Shown here: piece by piece, positions 38,865 through 49,421 of the stretch
Layout of the letters: each line of letters starts with the position of its first letter
Numbering within the stretch: position 1 is the first letter of the stretch
Assembly: GCA_963674595.2 (NCBI GenBank)
Contig: CAXXFV010000015.1
Location: 160,001-224,000 of the forward strand
Length of the DNA: 64,000 bases
Origin: a bacterium
GTDB taxonomy: Bacteria > Zhuqueibacterota > Zhuqueibacteria > Residuimicrobiales > Krinioviventaceae
Direction of reading: 5' to 3'
Position numbers and translations under genes: made by a program
Notes under the pieces: generated by a model
Told to the model about the DNA's origin: nothing
The model's database searches: none
The model's input: only the letters and a program-made list of their open reading frames with translations

Positions 38865-41800
38865 TTACCGTAATAATAACATTTTTTTCAAATCCGTAAA
38901 AGACCCGGTTTTGAGTTGATAAAAATACATACCGCTTGACATGTTGCCGGCATCAAAAGAAATTTGATACTGTCCGGCTGATTGTTGTTTGCTGACCAGT
39001 GTTTTGACTTGTTCACCCAATGGATTATAAATTGTCAGTGTGACCCATCCGTCTTTGGCCAGACTATAGTTGATTGTTGTTGTCGGGTTAAAGGGATTGG
39101 GATAATTCTGACAAAGTTCAAATTTTTTCGGAACGTTATTTTCAATCGAAACGATTTGCGAATAGGTACAGGAACCATCAAAATCGATTTGTTTAAGCCG
39201 ATATTCCAGGTTTGGGGTGCTTGAGTTTATGTGGCAGTCAAATTGATAATGATGCGTTGAGGTGGTTGTGCTGTTACCCTCTACAAAGCCGATTTTTTGC
39301 CAGATGTCATCAATTTTTTGTTCAATATCAAATCCATAGTTGTTTGTTTCTGTTACAGTAGCCCAGGAGAGTTGTACCTGGCCTTTGACGAATTTCGCCT
39401 GAAAGTCGGTCAGTTCGACAGGCACTACCGAGTTGATGATAAAGGATTGTTCCGGGGCAAATTTAGAACCGGCATAAGCCGCGTCAACAGCCTGCACACT
39501 CCAGTAATAGGTGCCCGGGTCCAGATTGTGAATGGGCCATTGTATGTTATGGTTGACATTACCCATTTTGACTTTCCGTCGATAGCCGGTCACCATGTCT
39601 GATTCCGGAGCAACAATATTGCATGTTCCGGGTTTTGTGCCGACGTAAATGTTATAGGTCAATCCGGCAGCAGGTGTTTTATCGTCTGCTGCTCTGTTCC
39701 ACGAAAGCGTCACGGTGCTGTTTTTAGCATTTGCCGAAAGATTTGTCGGCGCTGAAGGTTTTTCATTGATGACCATACAGTTGTTTCTGTATATAAGGAA
39801 TGGGTATGTATCATATTCAGTTGGCAGGATATCCAACACACCGTTGTTATCAAAATCACCCCATGTCGCCTGGTAAATATGATAATGGGATGAAAAGAGT
39901 TTGAAAGAGTCATTTCCCAGATTTTGAAAGATGTTTTCATGTGTTAAAATATCCAAATCACCGTCATTATCAGCGTCTCCCCAGCAGACCGATCCTGTTT
40001 TGTATGTTTTAAATAGTTGTAAATTTATAGGATAGAATGTGCCGTTTGTTTGGTTTTTAAGGATTTTGGAATTATTAGTCTCTGGTCCTGATATTAGTAA
40101 ATCGAGGTATCCGTCAGAGTTATAGTCACCCCAACATGCCCGATTGGCTTCCGTAAGGTCTATGTTTGTTTTCGTAAATAGATCGTTACCATCATTTCTA
40201 TAGACAGCGTCATTTAACATGGCATAATCCATATCTCCATCATTATCATAATCCCCCCATACTTTAAGGTTATTCTTCTCTGGATAATCTGGGTCTTTAA
40301 AACAGGTGAACGTACCATCTCCATTGTTTAAATAGATAAGTGATGGTACATAATTATTATAATTTATAGCGATTAAATCCAGAAGACCATCTTTATTATC
40401 ATCAGCCCATGTTAGTCGATCACAATAACGATATCCCTCAAATGAGACATAATAGTCAGATCTTTTGAAAAAAATGTCATTAATATATAATGTATTAGAA
40501 GGTTCTCTTGCAGGCACATAAGTACCATTGTATTGTGTATAATCATTTGTAAAATTATCCAAATCACCATCGTTATCATAATCTCCCCATATACTATTAG
40601 AATGTACCCATGTGATATTATAATCTTCGGTGTTTGATTCACTAAATAGTTTATTTTCAAAGGCAATCAGGTACATACCATAGATATTATAGGCCCCTGG
40701 TGCTCTGGGTCCTCCTAAGGTCTGAAACCCCTTTTCGTAATATTTCTCATATATAGTGTAGGTGCCTTTATTGTTATTTAATCCGATATCCTGTATTGTG
40801 AGATAGGTTTTATTAAAAGACAGCCTTAACCAGTCCGGAACCTGGCCCGTGCCTTCCTGAAAGGCAATATAAACTTTTTGGCCCTGTTCCAGATAAAATT
40901 TTATACAGTCGTTACTGGTGTTTGTTTTATAATCCATGGCTGTTTTAATCCAGATCAGGTTTTCTAGTTCACTTGGCAGGTCTGATATGTAATACTCTCT
41001 GTCTATGAAATGGTGGTCTTTTTCATCCAGCTTGTAAAGGACAAAATCCGTTGGTTTTTCAATAACAATACCCGGATATTCCATGGTTGTGAATTGCTGT
41101 GGAGCAGACCATTCACTGGTATATGAGCTGTTCTTTGCTCGTACTCTCCAGTTGTAGGTATTATTTTCTTTTGTCAATTGGACCAAAAGCCTGTTACTGG
41201 TAATACCGGAACGGTCCAAAAGTGGACTGGAAAAATCCGCATCACTGTCCACCTGAAGCTGATAGGAGTCGGCGCCGTCAACTGCCTTCCAGTGTAACCA
41301 CGTTCTCATTCCGGTCCCGATTTTATTGGGAACAGGTTCTATCGGCTCAGGGGCAGATAGTTTTCCATCGATCAATGAGAATTTTACCAGCCATGCTTCT
41401 TCATCATTTATTGAACCGCAGGCAACGAACAGGTTGTCTTGTAAGGGTATTACATTATATATATTAGAACCTGAAAAATAATCAAAATGACACTCCCATA
41501 CCATATTCCAGTTTTTATCAACCTTGGCAAACCAGCCGCAAAAAGTCCCGTTAATCGTTTCAGCATTTCCATAAAGATACCAGCTTTGGTCCTCCAACTG
41601 AATCATGTCATTAATGTTATTAATATCAAAATTAAACATTTTTGTATATTCGAGTTGGTCTTGTTTGTCATATTTTTTTGCAAAATGGAGACCGGTTGCG
41701 TCAACTGTGCCCAATACAAGATAACCCTGATCAGTTGTTTTTTTTATGTAATAGAGCGTACTTTTATTTGCATCTTGTATTAATTCTTTTTTCCATATAG

Positions 41801-42491
41801 TACTCCCATCAGGGGCTATTTTAAACAGGTAATTATAACTGGTTGTTATATAATTGTTCTCAACTTCACATGCACGACTAGGATGAAAATTAGTATAAGA
41901 ATCATCAATAGTAATACATTTATTACATTTCATTTCAATATTAAATTCTGAAGATATTTTTATTACATCATTACTGTAGATCGTCATCCAATCGTCGCAA
42001 TCGTGATAACTTGTATGTGAAGAGACCAAATATCCATTATCTTTGGTTTTAACGATTGAATTTGTCCATCCATACGGATTAAAATAATCGACATTTTTTG
42101 TGCAGGTCAGGTCATTATTATTAAACGATGCTTTAAAGGCTTTTTCCAGGTCAAATATAGCATATTCATCTGTACTGTGTTTTATGATTTTATTTATTCC
42201 TTTTAGATCAGTCCACTTATCATTGGTTTCGTTATAAATTTTAGAATAGGTCTTTAGCACATTTCCATTTAGGTCATACTTTTTTACTAATCCTTTGCTG
42301 TACTGGTCTTTTCCGTCCTGAAAACCGACAAGTATATTCTCCCCATCCAGTAAAATCGTATTGAATTTTACATTGTTGTTTTGATCACCGATATCAATGT
42401 TCTGCCATTTAATTTGAACATCTTTGGCGAATGTCGTTGATACGATTAAAGATAGAAAAATGATAATCTGCGGGAGTCGGATCATTTTCAT
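38865..42491 (-). CDS. Large secreted multidomain protein: propeller-like N-terminus, FN3, unnamed domain, FG-GAP/VCBS repeats, FN3, T9SS C-terminal domain
   Basis: Signal peptide MKMIRL...TTFA; six W[GA]DxxxDGxxD-type repeats; PVELTDF...ETNNYGF and QNYPNPFNP...SGMYFY..KKMLLLR tail. Start placed at ATG 42491 after AAGGGG. Confidence 0.88.
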   Translation of the reverse strand: MKMIRLPQIIIFLSLIVSTTFAKDVQIKWQNIDIGDQNNNVKFNTILLDGENILVGFQDGKDQYSKGLVKKYDLNGNVLKTYSKIYNETNDKWTDLKGINKIIKHSTDEYAIFDLEKAFKASFNNNDLTCTKNVDYFNPYGWTNSIVKTKDNGYLVSSHTSYHDCDDWMTIYSNDVIKISSEFNIEMKCNKCITIDDSYTNFHPSRACEVENNYITTSYNYLFKIAPDGSTIWKKELIQDANKSTLYYIKKTTDQGYLVLGTVDATGLHFAKKYDKQDQLEYTKMFNFDINNINDMIQLEDQSWYLYGNAETINGTFCGWFAKVDKNWNMVWECHFDYFSGSNIYNVIPLQDNLFVACGSINDEEAWLVKFSLIDGKLSAPEPIEPVPNKIGTGMRTWLHWKAVDGADSYQLQVDSDADFSSPLLDRSGITSNRLLVQLTKENNTYNWRVRAKNSSYTSEWSAPQQFTTMEYPGIVIEKPTDFVLYKLDEKDHHFIDREYYISDLPSELENLIWIKTAMDYKTNTSNDCIKFYLEQGQKVYIAFQEGTGQVPDWLRLSFNKTYLTIQDIGLNNNKGTYTIYEKYYEKGFQTLGGPRAPGAYNIYGMYLIAFENKLFSESNTEDYNITWVHSNSIWGDYDNDGDLDNFTNDYTQYNGTYVPAREPSNTLYINDIFFKRSDYYVSFEGYRYCDRLTWADDNKDGLLDLIAINYNNYVPSLIYLNNGDGTFTCFKDPDYPEKNNLKVWGDYDNDGDMDYAMLNDAVYRNDGNDLFTKTNIDLTEANRACWGDYNSDGYLDLLISGPETNNSKILKNQTNGTFYPINLQLFKTYKTGSVCWGDADNDGDLDILTHENIFQNLGNDSFKLFSSHYHIYQATWGDFDNNGVLDILPTEYDTYPFLIYRNNCMVINEKPSAPTNLSANAKNSTVTLSWNRAADDKTPAAGLTYNIYVGTKPGTCNIVAPESDMVTGYRRKVKMGNVNHNIQWPIHNLDPGTYYWSVQAVDAAYAGSKFAPEQSFIINSVVPVELTDFQAKFVKGQVQLSWATVTETNNYGFDIEQKIDDIWQKIGFVEGNSTTTSTHHYQFDCHINSSTPNLEYRLKQIDFDGSCTYSQIVSIENNVPKKFELCQNYPNPFNPTTTINYSLAKDGWVTLTIYNPLGEQVKTLVSKQQSAGQYQISFDAGNMSSGMYFYQLKTGSFTDLKKMLLLR

Positions 42492-42841
42492 TTTTAACCC
42501 CTTTTTTTTGAGTTTGTTTTTTATAAAATAATGGAGCCAGATTTTTCCTGGGAGAATTTTTAGGTGAATTTTTTTCTGCAAACAAGTTTGTGCGCTCTAA
42601 AATACAGTCGTTATTAATGGCTTTAAACACAACTAACGTTGAGAGGAATAAAGTCAATGAAACATATTCCACTGGGTACCCTGTTTTGAAATGTAATATT
42701 AAAAGTTAATTTATTTAATTATAAATATTAAGCTTTTAGTATTTATAAATTACCCTGTTCAATTTAATCTGGAATTGATATTTTTAAACCCGTGAGCACA
42801 TTTCTGTGCCGATGCCTGTCCCAATTAAGATGCCCAGTTCA

Positions 42842-42870
42842 AGTATGTTAATTTTTTTTAAAAAAAGCAA
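42842..42870 (-). promoter_or_regulatory. Sigma70-type promoter about 350 nt upstream of the T9SS protein
   Basis: Minus strand TTGCTT-N17-CATACT. Confidence 0.5.
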
Positions 42871-43210
42871 GTGAAAAGTAGGTTTTGTGAGTTTTTTAAT
42901 TTTTGATTATAAAAATGTTGTTAAATTGTTAAAAATGATATTGTATTCTCAAATAATTTTAGTAAATTAATATTATATCAAGCAAAAGTGACCATATTTC
43001 TACAATGTTATTGGTTTACAAAACCCTCCTATAAAAACTTGGTTTGATATATATTTTTTTATTAAAGTAAAACATACTGTTTCCTGCAAGTATATATTCC
43101 GATTTATTATAACTCGGAACACCTGTTCCCGGCCTGTTTTATATTTACTTGAAATTTTTTACGGATACAATTAATTTCAATTTTGGTTTTACAAAAGATT
43201 CAAAGCTGAA

Positions 43211-44278
43211 ATGAAAAAACGTAACTTAATTATTGATGTGGCAAAAGGGATTAGCATCATTCTGGTTGCTTTTAATCATACGTAACTGGCATATCTGCTA
43301 CCCGGTGTCAGCTCTAAAATGGGTTTGTTTAGAATGCCGTTGTTTTTTTTCCTGTCTGGTGTTTTTTTTAATGCTTCCTTAAAACCTGGTAAATTCATCT
43401 TAAAAAAGACGGACCAATTATTAAAACCTTATTTTGTTACATTATTTTTGCTTTTATTTTTATCCATATTGGCCGGAGAGAGTAATATAAATCAACAGGC
43501 AATCGGTATATTATATGGAACCGGTCATACTATTCGGTGGACGCCCATGTGGTTTTTACCCCATTTGTGGTGTCTTTTTATTTTTTCTTATATTTTATAC
43601 CATACTTTAAAAACAGATGATTGGCCTGTTTTTTTTAAAATTATACTTGTTTTATTGCTTCTATTGGCAGGCTCTCTTTTTATAATCAAATTTTGGCATT
43701 ATCAGGGGGATATTGGCGGGAACAAATTTCGATTACATGGTTTACCGTTTAGTGTTGATTTCTTATTATTAAGTGCGGCTTATTTTTTAAGCGGTCATTT
43801 TCTTAAAATGAGAATTATTTCCTTTAAACCCCAATTTGTGATTTTATTATTATCTCTTTTAATATTTTTCCCCATAGCCTTGCTGACAGATACCAGAATA
43901 GATTTGAATTCAAGATTGTATGCTGGCCCTGTATTGGCGACATGTGCAGCGATTTGTGGTATTTATATTATCTTGTCGTTATCTTTTTTTATATGCAAAT
44001 ATGAATTGTTAAAAAAGGTGTTTGTTGCATTTGGCTCGGCGAGTTTGTTTATATTGATTTTTCATTATTATATCAGTGGAAAAGCGGATGACTTTTTTCG
44101 TCTGCTAATGCATGGCAGATACCCATTTTTATCTGCTGCCATTGAGTTTATTGCCTGCATTACGCTTCCGTTACTGGTAAGAAAGATTATATTAACAAAT
44201 GAATTTTTTAAACTTTTTTATTTCCCACTAAAGGATAATAAACTCATCCTTCGGATTCGTAAGGCAGGCAGCAAATAG
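43211..44278 (+). pseudogene. Acyltransferase-3 family membrane O-acyltransferase with in-frame TAA at 43283-43285
   Basis: ATG 43211 reads MKKRNLIIDVAKGISIILVAFNHT*LAYLLPGVSSKMGLFRMPLFFFLSG, the canonical AT3 N-terminus (R..ID..KG..I.LV...H), in frame with ORF 43319-44278. Confidence 0.8.
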
Positions 44279-44297
44279 TTTTTAAATGATCGGAAGA

Positions 44298-45647
44298 TTA
44301 GTTTTTAGGTCTTACGCGCCATGTAAACGCCAGTAAAATAATTGACATGAGCGTGCAACCCAAAATTGCAAATATCACCAAATTCCAGCTTGTTTCTTTT
44401 CCGTAGGTTTGTCCGTAATGTTCAGCTATCCATCCGAAACCTTTGGCCTGAACAGTACGTCCCATATATCCAAATAAACCGATAAAGCCTGCTGCTGTAC
44501 CGACAGCTTTTTTGGAGGTCAAATCCAGACCCGACACACCGAGCAGCATAACCGGCGGGTAAACAAAAAAACCGACAATCGCTAAAAAAGTCATATCCAG
44601 CCAAAGACGTCCTGGAGGATTTATATAAATTCCGAAAAAAGCGGCGAAAATCGGCAGCATACACAACAAACTGACCATCCCACGGCGGCCGCCGAATTTA
44701 TCTGAAATCCAGCCCATCAGTATTGTGGATGGAATTCCGCCAAATTCTATCATTAGAATAGCAATACCGCCGCCGGTTAAAGTGGCGCCTTTCATTTCAC
44801 GTAAATAGGTCGGGCCCCAGTCCAGCATGCTGTAACGAACAATATAAACAAAAAAGTTTGCTATGGCAAAAATCCATAAATATTTGTTTTTAAAAATATA
44901 CTCGACAAAAAGTTCCCGGGTGGACAGCTCTTTTTCAGGTTCTTCGATAGAAGAGTTTGCCGGATAGTCATTTTTATATTTTTCAATGGGCGGCAGACCA
45001 ACCGATTGGGGTGTATCTTTTAATCTCAGGAACAGGTAAACCGAACCGATTAAGGCAATAGTCCCGGGAAAATAAAATGCAGCCTGCCATCCAAAATGAG
45101 ACGCTGCATAGGCTGCTAAAATACCGGCAATGCCTCCGCCAATGTTATGCGCCACGTTCCATATTGCAAAAATAGAACCTCGTTCCTTGAGGCTGAACCA
45201 GTGACCGATGGACCTGCCGCATGGAGGCCAACCCATACCTTGAATAAAACCGTTTAATGCCCATAGAAAAAAGTGAATATTGTAATCAGCAACACCACCA
45301 AAAGCAAAGTTACAAAAAGCAGTCAGCGCCAGGCCGATAGCCATGAATTTTTTCGGATTACTTCGATCCGATAAGGAACCCATTAAAAATTTACCCAAAC
45401 CATAAGAGATGGCCGAAACAGCGAGAATGCTTCCGATCATGTTATGGTCATAGTGCAAGGCGCCTTCAATGTCTTTGGCTACGGTGGACAGATTGTTGCG
45501 AACCAGGTAAAAGGTTGCATAACCAATAAAAGTAGATTCCAGCGTACTCCACCGATATTTTTTGTAAAGTTTGTTTACTTTTGCTTCCGGGACCGGTTCA
45601 ATCGCCGGTGCCGGTTTGAAAAAATTGATAATTTTACGAAATACCAC
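44298..45647 (-). CDS. glpT: MFS organophosphate:Pi antiporter (GlpT/PgtP/UhpT family)
   Basis: YLVRNNL, YGLGKF, QGMGWPPC, WNVAHNIGG, YIVRY..LDWGP, KKAVGTAAG. Exact substrate (G3P versus phosphoglycerate) not resolvable by eye. Confidence 0.85.
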   Translation of the reverse strand: MVFRKIINFFKPAPAIEPVPEAKVNKLYKKYRWSTLESTFIGYATFYLVRNNLSTVAKDIEGALHYDHNMIGSILAVSAISYGLGKFLMGSLSDRSNPKKFMAIGLALTAFCNFAFGGVADYNIHFFLWALNGFIQGMGWPPCGRSIGHWFSLKERGSIFAIWNVAHNIGGGIAGILAAYAASHFGWQAAFYFPGTIALIGSVYLFLRLKDTPQSVGLPPIEKYKNDYPANSSIEEPEKELSTRELFVEYIFKNKYLWIFAIANFFVYIVRYSMLDWGPTYLREMKGATLTGGGIAILMIEFGGIPSTILMGWISDKFGGRRGMVSLLCMLPIFAAFFGIYINPPGRLWLDMTFLAIVGFFVYPPVMLLGVSGLDLTSKKAVGTAAGFIGLFGYMGRTVQAKGFGWIAEHYGQTYGKETSWNLVIFAILGCTLMSIILLAFTWRVRPKN

Positions 45648-45836
45648 GGACCAATTCCTCTAAATGTGTCATTTTATTTTTTATTTATCAAATACCATAT
45701 TTAAAAATATAATATATATTTTACATAAACCCAAAATATTAAATGATTTTTAATAACAGAATGTGAATGGTGAGTTAGGATTGATAAGGGTATTATAACG
45801 GGATGGGCAAAACCAAATTATATAGTTTGTACGCCG

Positions 45837-46049
45837 CTATCTGTTTCTCACAAACCAGATAAAAATCAAATACAAAAACCAGACAATGACAAAAAGTTTC
45901 ATGCCGGACCAGATTGTTTTTCCACTTTGCTGCATGGATTCTTTAAAAGCACCTTCTTTGAACAACTCACCTTGCATCAACAAAGACACAAGTTTAGATA
46001 CTATAATCAGGAAAAATAATAGAAAAAGCAGAAGAAAAAAAACGCGCAT
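45837..46049 (-). CDS. Small two-TM hypothetical protein
   Basis: 70 aa with two hydrophobic segments; start overlaps the stop of the upstream MFS gene. Confidence 0.6.
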   Translation of the reverse strand: MRVFFLLLFLLFFLIIVSKLVSLLMQGELFKEGAFKESMQQSGKTIWSGMKLFVIVWFLYLIFIWFVRNR

Positions 46050-47179
46050 TATCTTGATTTCATTTTTATAACAAAATGCTGGAAAACAATTAATATTAAT
46101 ACAAGAACCAGAGCATAAATATAGGAAAATTTCATATTATCCGCAAGAAAAGTAAGGTTGACGAGTTGCGGTCCTAGTAAAAACCCCGTACCAATGGCAG
46201 CTTCGTTGACGGCAATGTTCCTAACTGATTGTGAAGGATGTGACAAGCTGTGGAAAATAGAGCAAAAGAAAAAATAAGAACTATACAAACCCAGAAAAAC
46301 GGCAGCGATAAAAAGCCATGCCGGGCTAGACGCATAAAAAAGTAATAACAAACCGATGATTGCGGTTACATTTGATAACGGTAAAAGATAGGGATGATAC
46401 ATCCAGTTTTTACTTTTTTTCAGAAATAGTACAAAGAATGCCTGCACCGTACTGTGAGTAAAGATAACCATGCCTTTTAAGGCCGGCCGCATGGCAAATA
46501 ATTCTGACTGTTTGGGGTAAACGGTAAAAAACAGTGCCAGTACAATGCCTCCGAACAGGTTGCTTGCCCATCCGGCCAGTGCAAGGTCGGGTTTGTTTTC
46601 AAAATGTGTATCGGCTTTTGCTGTGGATTTTTCATCAGATTGGTGTAAGATAAAAATGGCTGCAATTGAGACCATAACAGAGAGTATTGCGGCACATAAA
46701 TAGGCGTTGTCCCATGTCAAATATTCCCGAATCCAACCGCTGACAAAGGGACCTAATGCAAATCCTATACTCCAGGAAAAAATATAGTAACTAACAGATG
46801 TTGTCAGGGGCTTGTTGCTGTTTTTATCCATGTTTTTCATAAATGCCTGAAAGGCGTTAAAAAACATGGATGTCCCCAAAGGAAAAATACAATAAATAAA
46901 AACACTCAGGTAGATATTGTTGTTTAGTGCCAAAATTGTACACAAAATAGCTAAATAAAATCCGGATAAAATTATTTCAAGTTTGGCAAGGTGGATTTTT
47001 ACAATTTTTCCCATTAAAAATGAAAAAATAATATATCCGAAACCATAAGCAGTGATAAGAAGGGATATTGTTTTAACACTTGCATTGTTTTCAACTGCCC
47101 GCATCGGTCCGATGAAAAGGGCCATTCCGAGAATAAGGTCAACGACTAATGGAAAAGAGTAAGCAAAGATTTGTCTCAA
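46049..47179 (-). CDS. MFS-like transporter
   Basis: About 12 TM segments; SWSIGFALGPFVSG and NEAAIGTGFLLGP symmetric MFS motifs. Confidence 0.75.
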   Translation of the reverse strand: MRQIFAYSFPLVVDLILGMALFIGPMRAVENNASVKTISLLITAYGFGYIIFSFLMGKIVKIHLAKLEIILSGFYLAILCTILALNNNIYLSVFIYCIFPLGTSMFFNAFQAFMKNMDKNSNKPLTTSVSYYIFSWSIGFALGPFVSGWIREYLTWDNAYLCAAILSVMVSIAAIFILHQSDEKSTAKADTHFENKPDLALAGWASNLFGGIVLALFFTVYPKQSELFAMRPALKGMVIFTHSTVQAFFVLFLKKSKNWMYHPYLLPLSNVTAIIGLLLLFYASSPAWLFIAAVFLGLYSSYFFFCSIFHSLSHPSQSVRNIAVNEAAIGTGFLLGPQLVNLTFLADNMKFSYIYALVLVLILIVFQHFVIKMKSR

Positions 47180-47242
47180 GATTTTACCTGGTATAGTATG
47201 GAAATAATTTCAGTTGTTAGTATTCCCCTGATCGATCTAAAT

Positions 47243-48226
47243 TTATGAATTTCGGTTTTGAATTGTAGTTAACAGATATTTTAAATAGTGGGATGATTCA
47301 TTTTCCGGCAACTGATTTACCATCTCTTCTGCTTCTTTTAATGATATATTTATTTCATCTTTTGCTTTGACAATGGTGCCGTTTTGTTGAAAGAGATCAA
47401 TAACAGTCTTTATATCATCTGTTGTTATGCCATCTTTAGTTAAAATATCAGACAAAATTTTTCTTGTCGGTTTGTCGGCTGTTTCCATAGCATGAACAAC
47501 CATAAATGTTTTTTTGTTTTCTTCCAGATCACTGCCGATATCTTTACCTAAAATGTTTTCATCGGCAATAATGTCCAGTAAATCATCCTGAATTTGAAAC
47601 GCCCGTCCTAATTTAAGGCCATAATTTTGCATAGCATTTATATGTTCCGGAGTACCGCCGCCGAGTCGTGCGCCCACTTCACAGGCAATGGAAAACAAAC
47701 AAGCGGTTTTTTTATCAATCATATCAAAGTATTCCTGTAAAGAAACCGAACCTCTCGTTTCAAACTCTTTGTCCAGTGTTTGGCCTTCACAAACTTTGAG
47801 AATGCTGTAAGAAAAGTCCTGAATTACTCTTGAAAGGTCATTCGTTGCAATTTTTGCCAATGAGGCATACGCAATAACCAACAAAGCATCGCCGGCTAAA
47901 ATGGCTACGTTTTCATCCCAATGTTTATACACTGTTTCTTTGCCTCTGCGTAACTCGTCGTGATCCATAATGTCGTCGTGAACGAGGGTAAAATTGTGGA
48001 CGATTTCGAGAGCGACCGCCGCATCCAACGCATCCTGAGGATTACCGCCGACTGCTTCGCAGGTAAGGAGCATCAAACAAGGCCTGATTTGTTTTCCACC
48101 GGCTGTAACGGCATAACGCATCGGTTCATATAATGTTTGCGGGTCTTTTTGGTTTAAAAGCCCCAGCATTTTTTCTGTGACCATTTGGCGATATGATGCC
48201 AGTCTTTTTTCAAATTCTGCTTTCAA
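47243..48226 (-). CDS. Polyprenyl diphosphate synthase (GGPPS-type)
   Basis: GGKQIRP, HNFTLVHDDIMD..LRRG (FARM), FQIQDDLLD (SARM), KKT; start placed at TTG 48226 after AAGGA. Confidence 0.93.
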   Translation of the reverse strand: MKAEFEKRLASYRQMVTEKMLGLLNQKDPQTLYEPMRYAVTAGGKQIRPCLMLLTCEAVGGNPQDALDAAVALEIVHNFTLVHDDIMDHDELRRGKETVYKHWDENVAILAGDALLVIAYASLAKIATNDLSRVIQDFSYSILKVCEGQTLDKEFETRGSVSLQEYFDMIDKKTACLFSIACEVGARLGGGTPEHINAMQNYGLKLGRAFQIQDDLLDIIADENILGKDIGSDLEENKKTFMVVHAMETADKPTRKILSDILTKDGITTDDIKTVIDLFQQNGTIVKAKDEINISLKEAEEMVNQLPENESSHYLKYLLTTIQNRNS

Positions 48227-48325
48227 ATAACTAGGTCCTTTACCAGATATTTTTATATAGATTGATAAAGTTTTGTAAAAAAATGTTTTGCGAAAAATAC
48301 AATAATAGGGGGAGAGAAGCAAGAT

Positions 48326-48362
48326 AAAAAAAGCCTTTATAATATTTTATAAAGGCCTTTTT
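48326..48362 (-). terminator. Intrinsic terminator after the pentapeptide-repeat gene
   Basis: GCCTTTATAA / TTATAAAGGC stem flanked by A7 and T runs. Confidence 0.8.
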
Positions 48363-48369
48363 GTGGTAA

Positions 48370-48948
48370 TTAATCAGGTAAGCCCACCGTACCTTCTGTG
48401 ATTATATTCTCAAATTCTGTTTTATAAATAATAGCGTTTCGAAAAACAGCTTCTGTTAGGTTTGCATTTTTAAAAATAGCACCGGTCAGGTCACTTCGTT
48501 CCAGGTGAGCACTTTCCAGGTTGGTGTTGTTAAAGAGAGCCCCTTTTAGATTGGCGCGTTTTAAACGGCCCCGGATAATTTCGGAATGGCTCAGGTCACA
48601 ATTTTCCATACTCGAACCTAATAATGCGATATGATACATGTCGGCATTTTTAATACTGCAATTATCCAGATTACTGTCCTGAAGATTCGTTTCTTTCAAT
48701 ATGGCATGGTCCAGATTGGCATTGCTTAGGTTGCTGCCGAATAAAAAGGCAGATTCCAGATTCGTGTGTGAAAGGTTAGCGTTTTGCAGGTTGGCGTTTT
48801 GCAGGTGAGCATTTTGCATGTTTGATCCGGAAAAGTTGACCCCTCTCAGGTCTTCGTAGGATAAATCAATTTCTGAAAGATCAAATCCTTCTAATGATTT
48901 CCCTTCATTGATTTTAGATAATACCTCGGCTCGTGATAATTGGGACAT
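48370..48948 (-). CDS. Pentapeptide repeat protein
   Basis: Continuous A(N/D)Lxx repeats (ANLQN ANLSH TNLES ...). Confidence 0.92.
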   Translation of the reverse strand: MSQLSRAEVLSKINEGKSLEGFDLSEIDLSYEDLRGVNFSGSNMQNAHLQNANLQNANLSHTNLESAFLFGSNLSNANLDHAILKETNLQDSNLDNCSIKNADMYHIALLGSSMENCDLSHSEIIRGRLKRANLKGALFNNTNLESAHLERSDLTGAIFKNANLTEAVFRNAIIYKTEFENIITEGTVGLPD

Positions 48949-49066
48949 AATTACTCCTTCTCGTCCGGCGGTTGAGATTATTCTAAAAAATCAAACTTTT
49001 TTTATATAAAGAATTTTTCAGGTAAAAACAAGATTAATTTGAAAAATTTTTTTCAAATTGAATTTT

Positions 49067-49408
49067 TTATACTGTATAACTTTTTATTGCCTCTTCAAGT
49101 GTATCAAAATCCTGAAAGACGGAATCCAGTTTTGTTATTTTAATCGGGCGACGCAGTCGTTCGGACAGGTTTGCCAAACGGAGGTCTCCGTCACTGCTTC
49201 GCAGTGTTGTTAAAGCACTGATCAGCATGCCAAGACCGGAACTGTTCATCCAGTTAACTTGTGTCATGTCTACAATTACATTAACCATTTGTTTATGGAT
49301 CGCCTGATCAATGACTTTGCGAAACTCTTCTGCTGCTGTTCCCCCCATTAAATCTCCTTCAAGTTCCAGCACAAGAGTGTTTTCTATGGGTTTTTCAGTT
49401 ATTTGCAT
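49067..49408 (-). CDS. STAS-domain anti-sigma factor antagonist
   Basis: LELEGDL...VNWMNSSGLGMLIS...LANLS; start ATG 49408 after GGAGGA. Confidence 0.92.
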   Translation of the reverse strand: MQITEKPIENTLVLELEGDLMGGTAAEEFRKVIDQAIHKQMVNVIVDMTQVNWMNSSGLGMLISALTTLRSSDGDLRLANLSERLRRPIKITKLDSVFQDFDTLEEAIKSYTV

Positions 49409-49421
49409 GTTTCCTCCGATA

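Noticed and set aside
40060-42060. Diversity-generating retroelement target (Asn/Tyr/Asp-rich variable-looking patches)
   Set aside because: No reverse transcriptase and no template/variable repeat pair is visible in the window.
42409-42672. 87-aa ORF upstream of the T9SS protein as a leader peptide
   Set aside because: No clear RBS or recognisable features, and it overlaps the real gene out of frame.
36247-43285. Stop-codon reassignment suggested by two in-frame TAA codons
   Set aside because: Most intact conserved genes in the window end at TAA at the expected length, so TAA is a normal stop.
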